From positions 13,702,001 through 13,766,000 of the forward strand of contig NC_043020.1 of the NCBI RefSeq assembly GCF_006345805.1: a stretch of DNA of 64,000 nt, given 5' to 3'. Both the position numbers and the translations under genes were made by a program. How positions within the stretch are numbered: position 1 is the first letter of the stretch; each line of letters begins with the position of its first letter. Origin of the DNA: Octopus sinensis (taxonomy: Eukaryota). Shown piece by piece: positions 12,986 to 24,981 of the stretch. The notes under the pieces are model-generated. The model searched no databases and was not told the origin of the DNA. It worked only from the letters and a program-made list of their open reading frames with translations.

Positions 12986-13220
12986 TATATACATATATAT
13001 ATATACACATATATCCAATGGACTTCTTTTATAGTTTCTGTTTACCAAATCCACTCACAAGTCTTTGGTTGATCTGAGACTTGCCCAAGGTGCCATGCAG
13101 TGGGACTGAACCCGGAACTGTGTGGTTGGGAAGCAAGGCTCTTACGACACAGCCACGCCTGCACCTATTTCATTCAACCTTTTATTAAATCCTTTTTAAT
13201 TTTTTTTTAATTATTTAATG

Positions 13221-13596
13221 ACTAGCAGTATCGCCTGGCGTTGCTCAGGTTTGTAAGGGAAATAACTATAAAGCATTTTTAGAGAGTTATAGCCAAAAAA
13301 TGGGAAAAAAATGATGGTAAATTTTTTTTTGAGAGTTAAAAAAGGTCGAGTTGCGTCCCCTAGACAGTCTGTGGTTTGTTTTCTGATTCTCGACCCCATG
13401 TCGAATTTACCGATTTTTTTCAGAACTGGGGGAACTTTTCAAAATTTTTGCTGCATTAGTTTTGAATTATGACATTGGGCTATGTGTGTGTCAAGTTTCA
13501 TCAGAATCGGTTGAAAGCAGTGGTCAGGGTGAGGGTACAACCAAACAGACACACAGAAACACACACAGACAAACTGCCGTTTATATAGAGAGAGAT
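13221..13596. mobile_element. Helentron/HINE family A copy (opposite orientation)
   Basis: actagcagtatcgcctggcgttgctcagg.. through ..gccgtttatatagagagagat. Confidence 0.7.
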
Positions 13597-13680
13597 GAGA
13601 CAGCGTGGGGGAGGGGCATAGTGCTTCTAACAGTTGCAGGATCTTCCCGAACAGTAAGATTAACGGAACCAATGTCTCAC

Positions 13681-13703
13681 CTGAATATTTCGTAAGTCAA
13701 TGT
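13681..13703 (-). CDS. Candidate 23-nt micro-exon (D)IDLRNIQ
   Basis: Acceptor T10-CTTTCAG and donor CAG|GTGAGA; open frame AC ATT GAC TTA CGA AAT ATT CAG. Confidence 0.45.
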
Positions 13704-14046
13704 CTGAAAGAAAAAAAAAATAGCAACTGATACATCTGAATTCTTGCCAACGGCTGTAAGAACTTCATTGCACCGTTCTGATTTAAGGTTGGTGCCATCT
13801 GGTCTAATTCCATTTGGATATTGATTTGTCCTGTCTTATATCTTGAAATATTCAAGGAAACCTAGGTCTGTATAACGAATCGCAACTCGACTAATTTATG
13901 CTGTGGCAGTAGCGTATGGTGTTTGTGAAACCTTATATCTTGTGTTCCACATTATTAGTTTTATGGAGCAACCGGTATTTCTTTGACTAACTTATTACCA
14001 CTGCCATCGCTACCACACCTCCACCCCTCATCCCTTCTCTCTCTAC

Positions 14047-14533
14047 ATATGTGTGTGTGTATGTATGTATGTGTGTGTGTGTATATGTGCATATGTATAT
14101 ATATATATATATTATATATATATATATATATTATATATATATATATATGTTTGTGTGTATATGTATATATATATATATGTATGTGTGCATGTATATATGT
14201 GTATATATATATGTATGTGTGCGTGTATATATGTATATATATATGTATGTATGCATATGTGTATATATATTTGTGTGTGTATATATATATATGTGTGTGT
14301 GTGTGTATGTGTGTGTGTGTATATATGTATGTGTGTATATATGTGTGTGTAACTATATATGTGTATGTGTGTGTGCATGTGTTTATATATACGCATATGT
14401 ATGTGTATATGTGTGTATGTATATTTATTGCATGTATGTATATGTATGTATGTGTGTGTGTATCTGCATGTATATATATATACATATATACATACATATA
14501 TATATATGTATACATATATACATATATATATAC

Positions 14534-14564
<31 letters not shown>

Positions 14565-14610
14565 TATATATATACTATATATATATATATATGTGTGCAT
14601 GTGTGTGTGA
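14047..14610. repeat. Compound (TA)/(TG)/(TATG) microsatellite
   Basis: Seen directly in the sequence. Confidence 0.95.
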
Positions 14611-14895
14611 TACAATATCTGAGTCTTGTTTCCAGCTGTACTGACTAACGAACCGATATCTCTCTTCTGTACTCCTCTGACACCTCATCTCGTTTACATT
14701 GTCACTGTGTCTAGTAGTTATTAACCTATCAGCTCGGCTGGCTGCGTGTGTTTTGTTCTACTAACATACCTTGCCACTAGTGTTCATTTAGAACTGTGCT
14801 ATTAAGCTAGAACAGATATCTGAGGTATAAAAATAACCTTACCCACTTGAGTTTTTTTAGTTTACCCTGGCAGCAGACTACAAGGAATTTCTTAC

Positions 14896-15054
14896 CTGAC
14901 ATTGCAGCGCTAATAGACTCTTCCAGTAGAGATTGGTTTACGTTGAGATTTTACTATTAAGTAGTCGTTTTCTGCAATTGCCAATCATTTCTTGTTTCGA
15001 TATGTGTCTTGTGTTCTTGCAAAGTTATTTAATCTTGGCTGGTTTTTAATATCT
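14896..15054 (-). CDS. Candidate exon of an unidentified minus-strand gene (mostly 5'UTR, ending ATG TCA G)
   Basis: Strong donor CAG|GTAAGA at 14896/14895; possible acceptor catcttccttcaag. All frames are closed except for the terminal ATG TCA G, whose phase 1 fits the next candidate exon. Confidence 0.3.
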
Positions 15055-16588
15055 CTTGAAGGAAGATGCACAAGGAATTTAGGAAATGGGTTTATGTTAC
15101 AGCTTGCACCAAACACAAACATACACACACATATGCACATACATACATGCACACATGCAGATGCAAGTACATACAAATATTTATATAATTGCAAAATTAT
15201 TTTTAGCTAAAGCATCTTAATTGCAATTAGCCCCTTTTATGGAAAATTATAATTAGTAAACCTCACTTATGTTTTACATAAAAATGTGTTCAATTTGGTT
15301 CAGTGTCAGATCTTGATAAATTCCACCTTCAACGTGAGCAGTAATTCTCACCTTTTACCTATACCTCTCTCTCTCCCTACTTCTTTCTCTATTCCCTCCT
15401 ACTCTCTCTCTCTCTCCACTTTCTCATCTTCTCCTCTTCCTTCCTCCCTCTGTCTATGTATTCCTTTTCTTTCATGTCCTCCTCCTCCTCAGACATTAAA
15501 CTACAGTGCTGGTGGTACGTAAGAGAACCATCCGAACATGGCCGTTGCCAGCGCCGCCCCGACTGGCCTCATGCTGGTGGCACATAAAAAGCAGTATCCG
15601 ATTGTGGCTGTTGCTAGCCTCGCCTGGCCCCCGTGCCGGTGACACGCAAAAAGCACCATCCAATTGTGGCCGTTTGCCAACCTCGTCTGGCACCTGTGCC
15701 GGTGGCACGTAAAAAGCACTCACGAAGTGGTTGGCGTTAGGAAGGGCATCCAGCCGTAGAAACATTGCCAGATCAGACTGGGCCTGGTGCAGCCTTCTAG
15801 CTTCCTAGACCCCAGTTGAACTGTCCAACCCATGCTAGCATGGAAAGCGGACGCTTAACGATGATGATGATGTTTATTAGTTTCTGCTGTAAATCTTTGA
15901 ACACTCAACGCAACGGCATCGGCACTGTTGTTCTAAATTTGCAACTTTACCTCCAAATTAATGAACAGCAAGTAGGGGGAACGAGGTGGGAATTAGTCCG
16001 AAATCTTTCGGTTTAAGAATCTAAGAACATCACAGGAGTTATTCAGTTAGCCACCAAATTGGTAAAACGATCCAATTATTTGATTTTTGGCTTTTGTTTT
16101 TGTTTTGTTTTGTTTTTTTTTTCCTTTTTTTCTTTCTCTTCTATGTTCCAACTCCAGTCTTATTTCAAGAGACAAAAGAGAAATGCAAAACTATGCTAGC
16201 AATGCTGCTAAGAATTCCAGGGTGGAACCCATTAAACATAGCAAGCAATAGGTTCTTGCCAGATGTTTCAGTATTTTGTCAACATCAGCTGCCACGAGTC
16301 ATTATCCTACTTACCTGGTTCTTTTGGCTGAAATAAACAGCGGAATGGTAAACTGAACTGTTTTGGAGGCACTGGCACTATTCTCGCACACACACACTAG
16401 ACACACACACACACTAGACTACTTACCTATAACACTTTGTCACACATACTAAATAGTGTATTAAGAATGTAAACAAAGAAACAATCAAACACGCTCACAG
16501 AACATACAACAGTATACATGTTCACTGCATATAAAGTTCTCACACACAATGAACAAACACATTCGCACATGCACACACATACACACAA

Positions 16589-16667
<79 letters not shown>

Positions 16668-16743
16668 GAGTCTCACTGATATTGATTTATTTTTTTTTAT
16701 ATATATATATATATTATATATATATATATTATATATATATATA

Positions 16744-17818
16744 AATTCCAGTTGAATGAGCCACCCAAGATATATGAATCCTAGAGATATATTACTTATA
16801 GATATCTAACAGCCACCCAGGTATTTGGACCTCCTTGATAGGCTTCCCACCCAGATTTATTAAGTAAACTTGTACCAGCCACCCATTTACATTAAGACAC
16901 TAAAGTATACACACCTTCCACATCTCATAAACAAGAACCTGGACTCAGTATTTGAATCACAACAAGTATGATCCCCTATCGTACACACACATATATATAT
17001 ATAATTGCCTCTCAGATTACTTCCTCAGCTTAAGTAAGATGCCAGGACCCCTAACTGGAGATACGTAAAAAGCACTATCCGAATCGTGGCCGATGCCAGC
17101 GCCACCTCGACTGGCTTCCGTGTCGGTGGCACATAAAAAGCACCATCCGAATCATGGCCGAAGCCAGTGCCGCCTCAACTGGCTTCCGTGCAGGTGGCAT
17201 GTAAAATGAACCAATCGGACCATGGCCGATGCCAGCCTCGCCTGGCACCAGTGCAGGTGGCAATAAAAAGCACCCACTACACTCACGGAGTGGTTGGCGT
17301 TAGGAAGGGCATCCAGCTGTAGAAACATTGCCAGATAAGACCGGAGCCTGGTGCAGCCTTCTGGCTTCCCAGATCCCTGGTCGAACCGTCCAACCCATGC
17401 TATCATGGAGAACGGACGTTAAACGATGATGATGATGATAATCTTTTACTTGTTTCAGTCATGTGACTGTGGCCATGCTGGAACACCGCCTTTAGTCAAG
17501 CAAATCGACCCTCAGGACTTATTCTTTGTAAGCCTAGTACTTATTCTATCAGTCTCATTTGCCGAACCACTAAGTTACAGGGACGTAAACACCAGCATCG
17601 GTTGTCAAGTGATGTTGGCGGGGGCAAACGCAGACACACAAACATATACACACACATACATATACATATACGCGACAGGCTTCTTTCAGTTTCCGTCTAC
17701 CAAATCCACTCACAAGGCTTTGGTTGGCCTGAGGCTATAGTAGAAGACACTTGCCTGGAACCATGTGGTTCGTAAGCAAGCTACTTACCACGCAGCCACT
17801 CCTGCGCCAATATATATT

Positions 17819-17850
<32 letters not shown>

Positions 17851-18940
17851 AATTCCAGTTGAATGAGCCACCCAAGATATATGAATCCTAGAGATATATT
17901 ACTTATAGATATCTAACAGCCACCCAGGTATTTGGACCTCCTTGATAGGCTTCCCACCCAGATTTATTAAGTAAACTTGTACCAGCCACCATTTACATTA
18001 AGACACTAAAGTATACACACCTTCCACATCTCATAAACAAGAACCTGGACTCAGTATTTGAATCACAACAAGTATGATCCCCTATCGTACACACACATAT
18101 ATATATATAATTGCCTCTCAGATTACTTCCTCAGCTTAAGTAAGATGCCAGGACCCCTAACTGGAGATACGTAAAAAGCACTATCCGAATCGTGGCCGAT
18201 GCCAGCGCCACCTCGACTGGCTTCCGTGTCGGTGGCACATAAAAAGCACCATCCGAATCATGGCCGAAGCCAGTGCCGCCTCGACTGGCTTCCGTGCAGG
18301 TGGCATGTAAAATGAACCAATCGGACCATGGCCGATGCCAGCCTCGCCTGGCACCAGTGCAGGTGGCAATAAAAAGCACCCACTACACTCACGGAGTGGT
18401 TGGCGTTAGGAAGGGCATCCAGCTGTAGAAACATTGCCAGATAAGACCGGAGCCTGGTGCAGCCTTCTGGCTTCCCAGATCCCTGGTCGAACCGTCCAAC
18501 CCATGCTATCATGGAGAACGGACGTTAAACGATGATGATGATGATAATCTTTTACTTGTTTCAGTCATGTGACTGTGGCCATGCTGGAACACCGCCTTTA
18601 GTCAAGCAAATCGACCCTCAGGACTTATTCTTTGTAAGCCTAGTACTTATTCTATCAGTCTCATTTGCCGAACCACTAAGTTACAGGGACGTAAACACAC
18701 CAGCATCGGTTGTCAAGTGATGTTGGCGGGGGCAAACGCAGACACACAAACATATACACACACATACATATACATATACGCGACAGGCTTCTTTCAGTTT
18801 CCGTCTACCAAATCCACTCACAAGGCTTTGGTTGGCCTGAGGCTATAGTAGAAGACACTTGCCTGGAACCATGTGGTTCGTAAGCAAGCTACTTACCACG
18901 CAGCCACTCCTGCGCCAATATATATATATATATATATATA
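16744..18940. repeat. Near-identical tandem duplication of about 1.1 kb
   Basis: Identical ORF-track entries offset by 1106 bp; junctions lie in (TA)n. Confidence 0.95.
17444..17808 (-). mobile_element. SINE family 1 copy
   Basis: Reverse complement of the 2721-3130 type; duplicated at 18550-18914. Confidence 0.85.
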
Positions 18941-19221
18941 TATTGAAAGAAAGAAAGAAAATGGAGAATTATGCATGAATAAATAATTTATTTGTATGAT
19001 ATAAAGATGTTGAAATTCTTTTATAAAAACAATACGAATAAATTATTAGTTGTAAAGCTCTGAAAGAAAGGTAAAATGCCAAAAAACCACATATATGTTT
19101 TGATTCATTTTCTCCTTATATGATAGTAATTAACCAATGGAATGTTTAGGATTATTTAATCCCTAATGTGGAACTAACATCCTCGAATTGACTATATTTA
19201 TAGTAGCTTACCTTTCGACTT

Positions 19222-19272
19222 ATTTTAGAACATGGTTGAGTCCATAAAATAGGATTTGACTACACCTCCATT
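19222..19272 (+). mobile_element. Fragment of the same mariner family (sub-terminal region)
   Basis: Near-exact reverse complement of about 49527-49577. Confidence 0.8.
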
Positions 19273-19289
19273 TAGAGCACAGTTATAAC

Positions 19290-19755
19290 TGTCTGTGTGT
19301 GTGTCCTTTATACAAATCCACAATTTTTCAGTTAGAGGGCTTACACTTTCTATGGTCATTCAAAACCGTCCAAGGGTGGTCGTGCACATCTTTACATTTC
19401 CCCAGTCACCCCGCAAATCTCTCTATATATAAATGGCAAAATGTCTGCATGTGTGTCCTTTATACAAATCCACAATTTTTCAGTTAGAGGGCTTGCACTT
19501 TCTATGGTCATTCAAAACCATCCAAGGGTGGTCATGTACATCTTTACATTTCTCCAGTCACCCTGCAAAGCCATTAAAAATCAATAGAAGTGACTTTTTT
19601 GTGAATTTTCTATCCAAAACCCAATCAAAATGCCCGAAACTTGATACGCCAATTGAATGCCAGCTAGCTGTATGTGATTTGTCAGAGATTTGGACAGTAC
19701 TCGAATGTATGTGCACACACATGCAGCTGTATATGCATGCACTAGCACTATGACC
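19290..19755. mobile_element. Helentron/HINE family B copy with a roughly 150-bp internal tandem duplication
   Basis: tgtgtgtcctttatacaaatccacaatttttcag occurs at about 19298 and 19450; homologous to 50534-50880. Confidence 0.65.
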
Positions 19756-20722
19756 CGGGAATTGAACTTATGACCTTACAATCTTGAGCCGAATACCTCT
19801 AACCACTAAGTCACACACCATCACATAACGAATGACACCTAATGAGTTTTTAGTTAAATCTGCTAAATCTTCTGAAAGCCTGTCTTGTGGATAGCATCAG
19901 GTTTTATGCAGCCAATCTTCATAATATCCTTTGATGTATTGTGGGTGAAGACTAAATTTCATACCATTCAAATGGTTCCTATTGCTGAGTGGTTACTTAA
20001 GCTGAGGAAGTAATCTGAGAGGCAATTATATATATGTGTGTGTGTACGATAGGGGATCATACTTGTTGTGATTCAAATACTGAGTCCAGGTTCTTGTTTA
20101 TGAGATGTGGAAGGTGTGTATACTTTAGTGTTTTAATGTAAATGGGTGGCTGGTACAAGTTTACTTAATAAATCTGGGTGGGAAGCCTATCAAGGAGGTC
20201 CAAATACCTGGGTGGCTGTTAGATATCTATAAGTAATACATCTCTAGGATTCATATATCTTGGGTGGCTCATTCAACTGGAATTTTATTAGACGATACAT
20301 CTGTGTGAGTGTGTGTTGGTGTGTGTGTGTGTGCGTGTGCTTCCCTTGAGATATTACTGCTGTCATCATCATCATCATCAGTATCATCTAAACGCCCATT
20401 TTAAAACTGGTTGTTTGATGTACAATCGAAATGTCTGTATATCAGGGTGGTATATTTTATGTGAGTAGTCGGTAATAGTATATTTAAAACACTTCTTCTC
20501 CTCCATCAACTTAGTTATCTCTGGTATTCCTCACGAAATACTAATTAAACCTCACTCACTGATCAAACCATACCATCTGAGAAAGCGAGATAAGATAATG
20601 TAATCTTAGATACCATGTATCTGAAGAAAGGACGAGGTATACACGACCACAATAAAATTTGAGAACAACCTACATTTCACTGGCTCCCTACATGTTATAT
20701 ATCTACATGTTATATCATCATC

Positions 20723-20756
<34 letters not shown>

Positions 20757-21214
20757 CATAATAAAATAGGGTAATAATAAATTATTACCAGTGCCCTAGC
20801 ACAAAAAACGAATTAGTCATTAGACTATATATTATTCACATAGAAATACAATAAGAGGCTTCCAAATAGGAAAGTGTTGTGCTAGAAAGAGCAGTAGAAA
20901 TCACAAGACCACAAAAAAAGGATAAATTCACGAAAGGAATGAAAATTAAAAACGTTTACCATCTCAACTATTTTGTGGTCTTGAGATTTCTACTGCTCTT
21001 TCTAGCACAACGCTTTCCTATTGTATATATATATATATACACACACACATATATACACACATACATATACATATATATGCATATGTATATATACATACAC
21101 ACACACATATATACACATATACATATATATGCATATGTATATATACATACACACACACATATATTCATACATATATACACACACACACGCACACACACAC
21201 ACATATATATATAT

Positions 21215-21810
21215 GTGTGGCTGTGTGGTAAGTAGCTTGCTTACCAACCACATGGTTCCAGGTTCAGTCCCACTGCCTACTATCATGGGCAAGTGTCTTC
21301 TACTCTGGCTGACCAAAGCCTTGTGAGTGGATTTGGTAGACGGTAACTGAAAGAAGCCCATCGTATTTATATATGTGTATGTATGTGTGTGTGTGTGTGT
21401 GTGTACACATATATATATTCGCTCAATCAAAGCTAATCATAGCTATATGTTTGTGTGTGTGTACATTTATTGGTGTAGACATCACTGTGTATGGGTGCAG
21501 GTTTGACTGTGTGGTAAGGAGTTTGCTTACCAACCACATGGTTCCAGGTTCAGTCCCACTGCCTACTATCATGGGCAAGTGTCTTCTACTCTGGCTGACC
21601 AAAGCCTTGTGAGTGGATTTGGTAGACGGTAACTGAAAGAAGCCCATCGTATTTATATATGTGTATGTATGTGTGTGTGTGTGTGTGTGTGTACACATAT
21701 ATATATTCGCTCAATCAAAGCTAATCATAGCTATATGTTTGTGTGTGTGTACATTTATTGGTGTAGACATCAATGTGTATGGGTGCAGGTTTGACTGTGT
21801 GGTAAGGAGT
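21215..21810. repeat. Tandem duplication of about 0.3 kb including a SINE half
   Basis: ccactgcctactatcatgggcaag.. block occurs at about 21270 and 21556. Confidence 0.9.
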
Positions 21811-22544
21811 TTGCTTACCAACCACATGGTTCTGGGTTCAGTTCCACTGTGTGGCACTTTGGGCAAGTGACTTGTTCTATAGCCTCAGGCCAACCAAAGC
21901 CTTTTGAGAGGATTTGGTAGACAGAAACTGAAAGAAGCCCATTTGTATATATACATGTATGTGTGTATCTGTGTTTTTCCCCTACCGCTGCTTGACAACC
22001 GGTGTTTATGTGGTTTGGCAAAAGAGAATGATAGAACAAATACCAGGATTATAAAAAAAAAGAAAAAAGAAGTTCAACTAAAATTTTTCAAGGACCCCAG
22101 CATGGCCGCAGTCTAATGACTAAAACTAGATAAAAGACGATACATATACACACACACACTTACGACAGGCTTCTATACAATTTCCCCTCTTAAGGAGTGG
22201 TATTATAGCAAAATTCCCTCACCCTAAGTGCCATGTAATAGATTTGAACTCAGTATGACATGGTACCAAAATAAATATCTTAACTACACAATTATACCTG
22301 ATCCATTGGCAGCTTGCACCCAGTCAGAAGTGCTGTATTCATCATCATCATCATTTAATGTCTGTTTTCCATGCTGGCATGGGTTGGACAGTTTGACATG
22401 AGCTGGCAAGCCAGAGACCTACATCAGGTTCTATTGTCCGTTTTGGGATGGCTTCTGCAGCTCTATGCCCTTCCTAATGCCAACCACTTTATAGAGTGTA
22501 CTTGATTGCTTTTTATGTTGTACCAGCACGGGTTCTTTTAATGT

Positions 22545-23770
22545 GGCCCCAGCACAGGGGCTTTTTATGTGAGACCAGCTTGGGAGCTTTTCATGTGGCA
22601 CCAACATGGTTGCTTTTATTTTATGCAGCACCAGCATGGATGCATTTTATGTGACTTCAACATGGGTGCTTTTAACATGGCACCAGCACAAGTGCTTTTT
22701 ATGTGGCACCAACACAGGTACATTTTATGTGGCACCAGCACAGGTGCTTTTTATGTGGCACCAACACAGGTACATTTTATGTGGCACCAGCACAAGTGCT
22801 TTTTATGTGGCACCAACACAGGTACATTTTATGTGGCACCAGCACAGGTGCTTTTTATGTGGCACTAGCACAGGTTCTTTTTATGTGGCACCAGCACAGG
22901 TACTTTTTATGCGGCACCAGCACAGGTACTTTTTATGCGGCACCAGCACAGGTGCTTTTTACGTGGCACCAGCATGGAAGCATTTTATGTGGCACCAGCA
23001 CAGGTGCTTTTTATATCGCACTAGCACAGGTGCTTTTTATGTTGCACCAGCACAGGTACTTTTTATGTGGCACCAGCACAGGTACTTTTTATGCGGCACC
23101 AGCACAGGTGCTTTTTACGTGGCACCAGCATGGAAGCATTTTATGTGGTCCCAGCACAGGTGCTTTTTACATGGCACCAGCACAGGTACTTTTTATGTGG
23201 CACCAGCACAGGTACTTTTTAGGTGGCACCAGCACAGGTGCTTTTTATGTGGAACCAGCACAGGTGCTTTTTATGTGGCACCAGCACAGGTGCTTTTTAC
23301 GTGGCACCAGCACAGGTGCTTTTTACGTGGCACCAGCACAGGTGCTTTTTATTTGGCACCAGCGCAGGTGCTTTTTATGTGGTACTAGCACAGGTGCTTT
23401 TTATGTGGTACTAGCACAGGTGCTTTTTATGTGGCACCAGCACAGGTGCTTTTTACATGACACCAGTATAGGTGCCTTTTACGTGGCACCAGCATGGAAG
23501 CATTTTATGTGGCACCAGCACAGGTGCTTTTATGTGGCACCAGCATGGAAGCATTTTATGTGGCACAAGCACAGGTGCTTTTTATATGGCACAAGCACAG
23601 GTGCTTTTTATGTGACACCAGCACAGGTGCTTTTTATGTGGCACCAGCACAGGTGCTTTTTATGTGGCACCAGCACAGGTGCTTTTTATGTGGCACCAGC
23701 ATAGGTGCTTTTTACATGGCACCAGGACAGGTGCTTTTTATGTGACACCAATGTGGGTAACTTTCACATG
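22545..23770. repeat. 26-bp minisatellite (caccagcacaggtgctttttatgtgg)n, about 45 copies, expanded from the family 3 internal repeat
   Basis: Directly continuous with the family 3 tail at 22340-22545; no unique spacers. Confidence 0.95.
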
Positions 23771-24610
23771 ACACCAGCACGTCCAAAATGAAGACACCCA
23801 ACTGAAGCAGCTCAGTCCACTTAACTGTAACTAGGTTAAACATGATGGTATATTACACTAATTTAAACAGGGGTCACACAATAAAATTAATGATTGTTTC
23901 AATGGCATGCAGTAATGAGTTCAATTTCTCTGATTAGGAAAGCTGCTTTCAATATACCAGCATTCTATTCCAGGTGGTATTTATCTCAAATCCACTTAAC
24001 ACTATTCTAGAAACCGAAATATCTGCACTAGTTTTATGGAATTACATGTTACTAATATTTTTCTTCAAATATTTCCCATTTCCATGACCCCAGTCTGTCT
24101 CCCTGTCGTCTCTGATTGATGTTCTTTAATTTCCATCAATATATTTCTGTGTTCCTTACCAATTTCCCCGCTGCTAATAATATAATGGTTTGTTCTGAGA
24201 CTTCAATAGATTCCGAGCAGCATTTTCAGACAATTTTATATTTAAGACCAGCAGATTAAAGAAACAACAAAGATCAGGATTAGTTCTTCATTTGATTGAA
24301 GAAATTTTCTTTAGACTTACAGGAATTCCATATCTTTCTGCAATGTTTCTGATAGACGTTTTTTTTTTTTTTCATTCCTTTGAAGAATTTCTCCCTGTGG
24401 CAGGTTGGGGGGTGGCATATGAAATAACTGAAATTCCTAATTTGATTCTGTGAATTATTATCTTCAGAAGCTTCTGGTACTTGATACCTTCTTTTACTCA
24501 TCCCCACCATAAATCCCACTTCATCTTCCAAAAGAAATATCTTTAAAATATTATGTAAATCTATTAGATTATTTCTATTGCATATATCCTTTGTGTGTGT
24601 GTGTGTTTGA

Positions 24611-24947
24611 AGGCACATGGTTCAGTGGTTAGAGTGTCAGACTCACAATCATGAGGTGGTGAGTTCAATTCCCAGACCAAGTTGTGTTGTGTTCTTGAGC
24701 AAGACACTTTATTTCACGTTGCTCCAGTTGACTCAGCTATAGAAAATGAGTTGCGATGTCACTGGTGCCAAGCTGTATCAGCCTTTGCCTTTCCCTTGGA
24801 TAACATCGATAGCATGGAGAGGAGGGAAGCTGGTATACAGGGGTGACTGCTGGTCTTCCACAAACAACCTTGCCTGAACTTGTGCCTTGAAGGGAAACTT
24901 TCTAGGTGCAAGCCTATGGTCATTCATGATCGAAGGAGATCTTTACT

Positions 24948-24950
<3 letters not shown>
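24611..24950 (+). mobile_element. CORE-type SINE with a different 3' tail
   Basis: Same head and CORE segment as 28208-28530, with an unrelated tail. Confidence 0.75.

Positions 24951-24981
<31 letters not shown>

Larger units (their letters stand above)
17851..20284. repeat. Inverted repeats of about 290 bp (17851-18143 / 19993-20284; extra direct copy at 16744-17037)
   Basis: Reverse-complement match with only a few substitutions or indels. Confidence 0.9.

Noticed and set aside
13961-14648. Long H/I/Y/T/V/C-rich ORFs (also at 4252-4549, 42465-42816 and 44558-45683)
   Set aside because: Microsatellite translations.
22545-23770. CRISPR-like regular repeat and long ORFs (260-333 aa)
   Set aside because: No unique spacers and no cas genes; the ORFs are translations of a stop-free minisatellite.
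23900-24560. Coding-like minus-strand stretch
   Set aside because: Multiple stops and no recognisable domain; cannot be classified without a search.
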